Origin: Planctomycetota bacterium
GTDB taxonomy: Bacteria > Planctomycetota > Brocadiia > Brocadiales > Bathyanammoxibiaceae
Direction of reading: 5' to 3'
Assembly (NCBI GenBank): GCA_030598065.1
Contig: JAUVQR010000005.1
Coordinates: forward strand, 1 to 22,072
DNA length: 22,072 bases
In this document: piece after piece, positions 8,230 to 14,857 of the stretch
Position numbering within the stretch: position 1 is the first letter of the stretch
Layout of the letters: each line of letters begins with the position of its first letter
The notes under the pieces: model-generated
The model's input: only the letters and a program-made list of their open reading frames with translations
What the model was told of the DNA's origin: nothing
Databases searched by the model: none
Position numbers and translations under genes: made by a program

Positions 8230-8715
8230 ATGAAGTTCCTAAAGAGCGGATACCCGCTTGCAGTATATGTAGTCTCCGTACTTTCCCTTGTTTTAATATA
8301 CGAGACCACCGTGCAGGGGACCTATAGCCGGAACATCTTCATGTACGGGGGCGCTCCGACCATACCTGCGCCGGATGAGACATACAACCCGGACATGACC
8401 ACCTTAAAGGTGGAAGAGAAGTTCATGTACGAAATAGCATTGCCGAAAGAACAGCTGGAAAAAGGCGAGATAACGCCGGACGACCTGGAACTGATACCCG
8501 TGGAGGACAAGGACAAGATAATCTTCCACCAGATCGAGTGCCACTACTACAGGCCGGTCACCGAGAGACACACCAGGACCACCGATACCATGATATGCAA
8601 CCGCACCCGCCAGGGCACCGAGTACTGGCTGACCGACAAGACCCGGTTTGTCGAGTGGGAAGACTGGTCCGACTGGGTCACGCTGCCCAGAAAGGGCGTG
8701 GCAAAGAAGGACTAA
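8230..8715 (+). CDS. Hypothetical membrane-anchored protein
   Basis: The ATG at 8230 has GGGAGG 7 nt upstream. It has one N-terminal hydrophobic helix (YPLAVYVVSVLSLVLIY) and no motif I recognise. The computed TTG start at 8179 follows the -10 box almost immediately and is unlikely. Confidence 0.55.
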   Translation: MKFLKSGYPLAVYVVSVLSLVLIYETTVQGTYSRNIFMYGGAPTIPAPDETYNPDMTTLKVEEKFMYEIALPKEQLEKGEITPDDLELIPVEDKDKIIFHQIECHYYRPVTERHTRTTDTMICNRTRQGTEYWLTDKTRFVEWEDWSDWVTLPRKGVAKKD

Positions 8716-8774
8716 ATAGTCTGGTTTTGGGTGATTGCTTACTACAAGCGTTACAAAAGCCCGCATGCGTCAAA

Positions 8775-8791
8775 TGTCATTCTGAGCGAAG
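8775..8791 (+). repeat. Copy 1 of short intergenic repeat core TGTCATTCTGAGCGAAG
   Basis: It is an exact 17-nt match to 18916-18932. It lies in the spacer between two convergent genes. Confidence 0.7.
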
Positions 8792-8804
8792 CGCTGAGCA
8801 AAGC

Positions 8805-8859
8805 GTAGGGGCACAGCGGCCTGCCCCTACAATAAGATTACGGTGCGTCAAGACGCACC
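8805..8859. terminator. Two GC-rich hairpins between convergent genes (possible bidirectional terminators)
   Basis: The first is GTAGGGGCA/TGCCCCTAC (8805-8813 / 8822-8830). The second is GGTGCGTC/GACGCACC (8842-8849 / 8852-8859). Neither has a clean U-tract. Confidence 0.3.
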
Positions 8860-8879
8860 CTACACACAGCAGTCCTTCA

Positions 8880-10229
8880 CTACACCTCCACCCGCCGCCA
8901 TCTGCCGCGGCGGTACATTATGAAGACGGCTATGGCGCGGAGTATCCAGTCGAGGGCTGCGGCCAGCCAGACCCCGCCGAGCCCCCAGCCAAATACAATC
9001 CCGAAGAGATACGCCGCCGGAACGTGAAAAAGAAACGTCCCGATGATTGTAATCACCATCGGACTCACGGTATCTCCGGCGCCCCTCAGCCCCCCTGCGT
9101 ATACCATGTAGACGGCGAGCGCCGGCTGCTCGATTGCGGCAATCATCACGCATAGCACGGCCAGCTTCATCACGTCCTCTTCCGGCGAAAAGATGCCGAC
9201 CAGTTGAGCCGGAATTAGCAGAAACAGGGCCCCAAACGTACACATGATTATCAGGGCGCATATACAGCTTCTCTTCATGCTGAGCCGCGCAAGGTTCTGA
9301 TTCCCGGCGCCCAGGCTCTGCCCGACCAGCGTGGCCGTGGAGACGGCCAGCGCGTAACCCGGCATAAACGAGAATGACTCTACCCTTATAGCCACCTGGT
9401 GAGCCGCCAGCGCCGAAGTGCCCAACATCGCCACAATCTTCAAAAATACCAGATAGCCGGCCTGGGTGAGAAAGGCGTCCAGGGCCGCGGGCATGGATAT
9501 CCGGAGAATTCTTCTTATAATATCCATGTCCACAGGGAACATGTTGCCTACCGTTACCGTAATCAGCGCCTTCCCCCGGAACAGGATAACGAGCACCAGT
9601 AGCGCCCCCGCCACGTAAGATATGGCGGTGCCCCATGCCGCGCCGGCCACCTCCATCCTCGGGAATATCCAGATGCCGAATATCAGGAGCCAGTTGAATA
9701 AAACGTTCAGGCAGTTCATTACCAGCGTAATGATCAGCGGGGTTCTGGCGTCGCCTGCTCCCCTGAAGGCGGCATTGCAGGACAACATTATCAACCTGCA
9801 CGGCAGGAAACAGATGACAATCCTGAAGTAAAGCCCGCCCAGTTCCGCCACCTGCGGCTCCGCGCTCATAAAGTAAAGGACGTTCACGGCGGAAAGATAA
9901 AGAATCGGGGCGATGCAAACCCCAATGGCCGTGGCCAGCAGCAGGGACTGCGCCGCCGCCCGCTCTGCAACCGGTTTTTCCATGGCCCCCATGTATCTGG
10001 CCACAAGGCTGACCGTGCCAACCGAGGCGGAGGAAAAAACAATCGTCAAAACGAAGTTAAGCGCACCCGCAAGACCTACCGCGGCAATCGCCTCCGTACC
10101 GAGCTTACCTACCATGATGAGGTCAACAACAAACACCATCATGTGAAGCATGTTCTCCATGGCGGCCGGGACGGCCAGGCGGGCTATGTTGCTGTTGAGG
10201 TTTTCCTCTGTAGGTTCAAGTGTGTACAT
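8880..10229 (-). CDS. MATE-family efflux transporter
   Basis: 449-aa polytopic membrane protein with a MATE-type N-terminus (RLAVPAAMENMLHMMVFVVDLIMVGKLG) and an internally duplicated 6+6 TM organisation. Confidence 0.88.
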   Translation of the reverse strand: MYTLEPTEENLNSNIARLAVPAAMENMLHMMVFVVDLIMVGKLGTEAIAAVGLAGALNFVLTIVFSSASVGTVSLVARYMGAMEKPVAERAAAQSLLLATAIGVCIAPILYLSAVNVLYFMSAEPQVAELGGLYFRIVICFLPCRLIMLSCNAAFRGAGDARTPLIITLVMNCLNVLFNWLLIFGIWIFPRMEVAGAAWGTAISYVAGALLVLVILFRGKALITVTVGNMFPVDMDIIRRILRISMPAALDAFLTQAGYLVFLKIVAMLGTSALAAHQVAIRVESFSFMPGYALAVSTATLVGQSLGAGNQNLARLSMKRSCICALIIMCTFGALFLLIPAQLVGIFSPEEDVMKLAVLCVMIAAIEQPALAVYMVYAGGLRGAGDTVSPMVITIIGTFLFHVPAAYLFGIVFGWGLGGVWLAAALDWILRAIAVFIMYRRGRWRRVEV

Positions 10230-10240
10230 CGGAACAGGCC

Positions 10241-10268
10241 ATTATATGCTATCTCTTTGAGCTGTCAA
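10241..10268 (-). promoter_or_regulatory. Consensus sigma70-type promoter for the MATE gene
   Basis: The minus strand reads TTGACA (10268-10263), a 16-nt spacer, then TATAAT (10246-10241). Only 11 nt separate the -10 box from the ATG at 10229. Confidence 0.55.
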
Positions 10269-10313
10269 CGTTAAGGGCACATATGGTCATTACATGGCAC
10301 AATCAATTTCTCG

Positions 10314-10342
10314 TTGACATCCATTGCCACAACCGATAGAAT
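10314..10342 (+). promoter_or_regulatory. Near-consensus sigma70-type promoter heading the acpS/radical-SAM/KS operon
   Basis: TTGACA (10314-10319), a 17-nt spacer, then TAGAAT (10337-10342). The TTG used as the start of the computed ORF is the -35 hexamer itself. Confidence 0.6.
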
Positions 10343-10391
10343 CCGTACACTTATAGATTGTTTTCTACCGTGCATTTTTAGAGGAGTGGGG

Positions 10392-10766
10392 GTGTTCATA
10401 GGCATAGACCTGGTAGAAGTAGAACGCATCCAGGACCTTTTTACCAGGCATAAGTCTTTTTTGGGACGTGTCTACACCCCGGGAGAGATAGAATACAGCT
10501 TCTCTAAGAAAAATACGTTTGAGCACCTGGCCGCCAGATTTGCCATAAAAGAGGCCGTTGTGAAGGCCCTGGGCACGGGGATGAAGTGGACAGACATTGA
10601 GATGCTAAATGATTCTTCGGGAAGGCCTTACCTCAATCTACATGGCAGGGCGAAGGAAATGGCAAAGGAAAAGGGCGTGGGTGCGTGGGATGTCTCTGTA
10701 ACGCACACCAAAGGACACGCGATAGGGCAGGTATTATTGGTAACCGGCACGCCGTCACGCAAATGA
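10392..10766 (+). CDS. acpS: Holo-[acyl-carrier-protein] synthase (4'-phosphopantetheinyl transferase, AcpS type)
   Basis: The GTG at 10392 has AGAGGAG 6 nt upstream and gives VFIGIDLVEVERI..., the canonical AcpS N-terminus. FAIKEAVVKALG and the ~124-aa size fit the AcpS family. Confidence 0.85.
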   Translation: MFIGIDLVEVERIQDLFTRHKSFLGRVYTPGEIEYSFSKKNTFEHLAARFAIKEAVVKALGTGMKWTDIEMLNDSSGRPYLNLHGRAKEMAKEKGVGAWDVSVTHTKGHAIGQVLLVTGTPSRK

Positions 10767-10839
10767 GCGTTTTGCGTGAACGTACTCAATCAGGGCAAAT
10801 GATACAGGCACGACAAGAATACGTGGAAAGAGAACCGTA

Positions 10840-12318
10840 ATGGCAAACAAAAGAAAACTGGTGCTTATCAACCCGCATCCAAAGGGAAACGTGGGCGAAG
10901 AGAACGTCTCCGTGCTGACCCAGATGCCGGTAAACCTGGGATATCTGATATCATTGACCCCGGAGCACTGGGACGTGGACATAATAGACGAGACCCAGGA
11001 ACATGCCATAGACGACAACGACAACCTCGCCTTCCCGGGGGCGGACCTGGTCGGCATAACGTCTGTCAGCTATCAGGCCCCGCGGGCGTATAAGATAGCG
11101 GCCGCCTGCCGGAAGAAAGGTATTCCGGTGGTGATGGGCGGCGTGCATGCGACCATTTACCCCAATGAGGTGGCCAAGCACGTAGACTGCGTGGTGCAGA
11201 GGGAGGCCGTCTCTATCTGGGAAACACTTTTGTCGGACTTTGAGCACGGACGCCTCCAGAAGCTCTACGAAGGAGGTCTGACGCCCCTTGAAAATCTTAA
11301 GTTAATCTACCCCGACCGCGAATTCCTGAAAGAAAAATACGGATACCGTTACTCCGGCATTACAACAACGGCCGGTTGCCCGTTCACCTGTGAATTTTGC
11401 TCTGTGCCGCAGGCCCAGGGGCAAAAGTACCGCGAGAGGCCCATTGAAGACGTACTGGATGAAATGCAGGCCATCGAGGGTAAGTTCCGGGGGCTGGTGC
11501 TCACGGACGAAAATTTCTACGGACACAGTAAGAAGTCGAACGAAAGGGTCAGAAGCCTGTTCAAGGAGATGGTGGACAGGGGGATTTACCAGAACTGGTT
11601 CGGTTTTACCTCGCTCAACATATTTGAGGACGACGAGACCCTGGACTACATGGTCAGGAGCGGTTGCGTCGGAGTGCTCATAGGGATAGAGTCATTGAAC
11701 AAAGACGCCCTGGAGTCGATGAACAAGCACGTCAACCTGCGAATAACGATAGACAAGTATTACGAAGCGATTAATAACATCCGCAAGCATGGCATAGCCG
11801 TGTGGGGAACCGTAATCTTTGGCAACGACGCTGACTCGGTGGACACATTCGACGAGGTTGCAGATTTTGTGCTGGATACCAACCTTGATATAATGACCTG
11901 CGGAATACTTTGCCCGTTTATCAACACACCTCTCTACAAACGCCTGGAGAAGGGCAACAGGCTCTTCCGCACTGATTTCCCGGACGATTGGGTACATTAC
12001 ACGTCCCACCACCTCGTTCACATCCTTAACAACCTTTCCATTCATGAACTGTCTGACGGGATGGAACGCCTAAAAGAGCGTCTTTGGTCCACGGAGGTTA
12101 TCAGGAAAAGGTTCCAAAATTCGAGACAGGTGCTCAACAACAACAATTCCGCCATGTTTGCCCTCAAGGTCAACTGGGACTGGCGGGAAGTCATTGCACA
12201 CTTCATCGACAACCTGAACAAACTGGAAGCCTCCGGCGTCTACCAAGAAGCCCTCGACCGAATTGGCAAGAAGGAAAGATTCAACGAGGCCTCCAGCCTG
12301 CTAACCACAAAGGTCTAG
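10840..12318 (+). CDS. B12-binding-domain radical SAM enzyme (class B), paralogue 1
   Basis: 492 aa. The N-terminal cobalamin-binding-type Rossmann segment reads LVLINPHP...GITSVSYQAPRAYKIAAACRKKGIPVVMGGVHAT. The radical SAM cluster motif CPFTCEFC spans 11377-11400. The C-terminal region may be DUF4070-like, which is unverified. Confidence 0.88.
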   Translation: MANKRKLVLINPHPKGNVGEENVSVLTQMPVNLGYLISLTPEHWDVDIIDETQEHAIDDNDNLAFPGADLVGITSVSYQAPRAYKIAAACRKKGIPVVMGGVHATIYPNEVAKHVDCVVQREAVSIWETLLSDFEHGRLQKLYEGGLTPLENLKLIYPDREFLKEKYGYRYSGITTTAGCPFTCEFCSVPQAQGQKYRERPIEDVLDEMQAIEGKFRGLVLTDENFYGHSKKSNERVRSLFKEMVDRGIYQNWFGFTSLNIFEDDETLDYMVRSGCVGVLIGIESLNKDALESMNKHVNLRITIDKYYEAINNIRKHGIAVWGTVIFGNDADSVDTFDEVADFVLDTNLDIMTCGILCPFINTPLYKRLEKGNRLFRTDFPDDWVHYTSHHLVHILNNLSIHELSDGMERLKERLWSTEVIRKRFQNSRQVLNNNNSAMFALKVNWDWREVIAHFIDNLNKLEASGVYQEALDRIGKKERFNEASSLLTTKV

Positions 12319-12334
12319 AAGAGATACCCATATT

Positions 12335-13540
12335 ATGTCCAGAGTAGTTGTAACAGGCCTTGGTTTAGTGACAGCCATTGGTTCAAACTTAAAGGAATCC
12401 TGGGAAGCGATGCTTAACGCCCAGGACGGTACCGCAGAAATCACATCGTTTGACACCTCCAAGTACAGGGTCCACCGCGCCTGCGAATTAAAGTCTTTGA
12501 ATTCAAACGGCAACAATAAGCAGAAGGAAAAATATAACGTTTACGATTGCCTGTACGCAGCGGCCAAAGACGCCTTTCAGGACAGCGGCATATCCGATTG
12601 CCAGCACCTTCAGCCCGACAGAGTGGGTATTTCCATCGGGACACTGGCCGGAGAGCTATCCGCCTTTGAGCAGACGCTCAGGAAACACCCCAACAACAAG
12701 GCTGACGGGTTCAGTATGGACGTGGTCTGCAGTTATCCTCCCATGACCCTGTCTACCCAACTGGCGGAAGATTTCAACGTTGAAGGCCCTAACGTTATAC
12801 TGATAAACGCCTGCTCATCGGGCAACCATGCACTGTGCTGGGCCTTCGACATGCTGCAGGACGGAAGTGTCGACGCGATGGTGGTGGGCGGCAGCGACGT
12901 GGTGCCGCAAACGGAATTTACCCACTTCCACAACCTGAAGGCGCTGGCGCCGGAAAAATGCCAGCCCTTTGACAAGAACAGGCAGGGCCTGGTGGTGGGC
13001 GCAGGAGCCGGAGTGCTCATCCTTGAGACCTTTGAACACGCGAAGAAGCGCGACGCAAAAATATATGCGGAAGTCATGGGCTACGGCCTTAGCAGTGACG
13101 GTTTTCACATGACCGCTCCTCACCCGAAAGGAGTAGGCGCCATCAGGGCTATGGAAAAGGCCCTCACACACTCAAAGCTCTCTTACAAGGACATAGACTA
13201 TATAAGCGCGCACGGCACGGGTACGTCGCTAAACGACAAGATGGAGACGCTTGCACTCAAGGCCGTCTTCAAGGAAAGGGCTAAAGAGACCCCGTGCAGT
13301 TCGGTGAAGTCTATGATCGGCCATACCATGGGGGCCGCAAGCGCCATCGAGTCGGTAGTTTGTTGTCAGACGATAAGTTCCGGTGAACTCCCGCCAACCA
13401 TAAATTACGAGACAAAGGACCCGGAATGCGACCTGGACTGCGTACCGAATGAGGCGCGAAAAAAGCCGGTTAAATTCGCCCTGAATAATTCCTTTGCCTT
13501 TGGCGGTAACAATGCCAGTACTGTCTTTGGTAGGGTATGA
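12335..13540 (+). CDS. Beta-ketoacyl synthase, FabF/KAS II-like, with an intact Cys-His-His triad
   Basis: 401 aa. The active-site Cys160 sits in INACSSG (tgc at 12812-12814). The two histidines are in SAHGTGTSLND and KSMIGHTMGAAS. Confidence 0.9.
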   Translation: MSRVVVTGLGLVTAIGSNLKESWEAMLNAQDGTAEITSFDTSKYRVHRACELKSLNSNGNNKQKEKYNVYDCLYAAAKDAFQDSGISDCQHLQPDRVGISIGTLAGELSAFEQTLRKHPNNKADGFSMDVVCSYPPMTLSTQLAEDFNVEGPNVILINACSSGNHALCWAFDMLQDGSVDAMVVGGSDVVPQTEFTHFHNLKALAPEKCQPFDKNRQGLVVGAGAGVLILETFEHAKKRDAKIYAEVMGYGLSSDGFHMTAPHPKGVGAIRAMEKALTHSKLSYKDIDYISAHGTGTSLNDKMETLALKAVFKERAKETPCSSVKSMIGHTMGAASAIESVVCCQTISSGELPPTINYETKDPECDLDCVPNEARKKPVKFALNNSFAFGGNNASTVFGRV

Positions 13541-14775
13541 AAAGAAGGGTAGCAATAACCGGCATAGGCGTAATCTCTCCGCTGGGGTTTGGACATGAGG
13601 AGTTCTGGAAGAACCTCACCGAAGGCCGCACCGCGATAGGCCCGATAACGTCTCTGGACGTATCGAACTACCCCTGCAAATTGGCCGCGGAAGTCAAGGG
13701 CCTTAACCCGTCTGATTATCTGGGCGACAAGGGCCTCAAATATCTGACGAAAGGCACAAAGTTCCTTGCCTCCGCCTCAAAACTAGCCCTTGAAGACGCC
13801 GGCCTTATGCAGAGCAGCCACAACCCAGACGGCTTCGGTGTGATAATAGGCTCGGCTCTCGGCAACTATCCCCAAACCACTGACTACACGTATGTCATCC
13901 TCAAAGAGGGACCGGAAAAACTGCTGCCCATGGACAGTTATGACGTCGCTCTAAACTCGTCCACCAACTTTGCCTCGGTATTCTTTAAACTCACCGGTCC
14001 CTCAAGAACCATCACCTCGGGCTTCACGTCCAGCACCGACGCCATCGGCAACGCCTTCACCCTGGTGCAAAAAGGCAGGGCCGACGTGCTGATAGCCGGC
14101 GGGGTGGAACAGATATCTCTCGACAGTTACCTTATATTCCTGATGCGAAAACTGCTGGCGGGCTCACAAGACTCCACGCCGGAGATAAGCGCACCGTTCG
14201 ACATGCGTCGGAACGGGTTCATACTCAGCGAGGGCAGTTACGTCTTCGTGCTGGAGGATATGGAATCCGCGACCAGGCGGGGCGCGCGCATATACGCGGA
14301 AGCGACGGGTCACGGCTTGACCTACATGGGGGCAAAGAGGTTCAGCCTGGAAGAAAAGGTAGACAAGGCCAAGGCCGCCATGGAGCAGGCGCTCCAGCGG
14401 GCCGGGCAGCCGAAGGAGTCGCTTGCGTTAATCTGCGCCAACGGCAACTCCTCTACGCAAACGGACCTCATAGAGGCCAGGGCAATCCAGTCGCTGCTGG
14501 GGGACCGCACCAAGGAGGTGCCGGTCTGTTCCGTAAAGTCTCAGTGCGGTGAATGTTATGGCGCTTCCGGAGCGATGCAGATGGCCTTGTGCCTGCTGGC
14601 TATCGAGAAATCTGCCATCCCGCCCATGATAGGCTATGAAGTGCCAGACAAAGAGTGCGACCTGGGTTTTGTGCTCAATCAGGAGCGCAGGCAAGACACG
14701 AAGGTCGCAATGGTGAACAGCCTCGACCACGACGGAAACTGCTCCTGCCTTATACTTGAAAAAAGGGATATGTAA
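13537..14775 (+). CDS. Ketosynthase-like partner lacking the catalytic triad (chain-length-factor-like)
   Basis: 412 aa with a KS fold. Aligned by eye to the upstream KS, Cys becomes Phe163 (ttc at 14023-14025, TSGFTSS), the first His becomes Asn (ICANGNSS) and the second His becomes Glu (CGECYGA). Its ATG overlaps the KS stop (GTATGA at 13537-13540). Confidence 0.85.
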   Translation: MKRRVAITGIGVISPLGFGHEEFWKNLTEGRTAIGPITSLDVSNYPCKLAAEVKGLNPSDYLGDKGLKYLTKGTKFLASASKLALEDAGLMQSSHNPDGFGVIIGSALGNYPQTTDYTYVILKEGPEKLLPMDSYDVALNSSTNFASVFFKLTGPSRTITSGFTSSTDAIGNAFTLVQKGRADVLIAGGVEQISLDSYLIFLMRKLLAGSQDSTPEISAPFDMRRNGFILSEGSYVFVLEDMESATRRGARIYAEATGHGLTYMGAKRFSLEEKVDKAKAAMEQALQRAGQPKESLALICANGNSSTQTDLIEARAIQSLLGDRTKEVPVCSVKSQCGECYGASGAMQMALCLLAIEKSAIPPMIGYEVPDKECDLGFVLNQERRQDTKVAMVNSLDHDGNCSCLILEKRDM

Positions 14776-14805
14776 TCCCGCCCGCAGTGGCTATAATAGT
14801 GCGCC

Positions 14806-14826
14806 AGCAGGACCTTTTGTCCTGCT
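14806..14826 (+). other. Stem-loop between the KS pair and the reductase gene (possible attenuator or partial terminator)
   Basis: AGCAGGAC (14806-14813), loop CTTTT, then GTCCTGCT (14819-14826), followed by TCATTAGTTTAT. A lone TATAAT lies just upstream at 14792-14797. Confidence 0.4.
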
Positions 14827-14857
14827 TCATTAGTTTATATAACCACCACATCTAAAA

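Noticed and set aside
8860-9918. A 352-aa minus-strand ORF out of frame with the MATE gene
   Set aside because: It overlaps the MATE coding frame and is Arg/Gly/Pro-rich nonsense, whereas the MATE frame gives coherent transmembrane helices.
10767-10839. A cobalamin riboswitch ahead of the B12-dependent radical SAM gene
   Set aside because: The spacer is only 73 nt, far shorter than a cobalamin riboswitch aptamer, and it shows no B12-box-like sequence.
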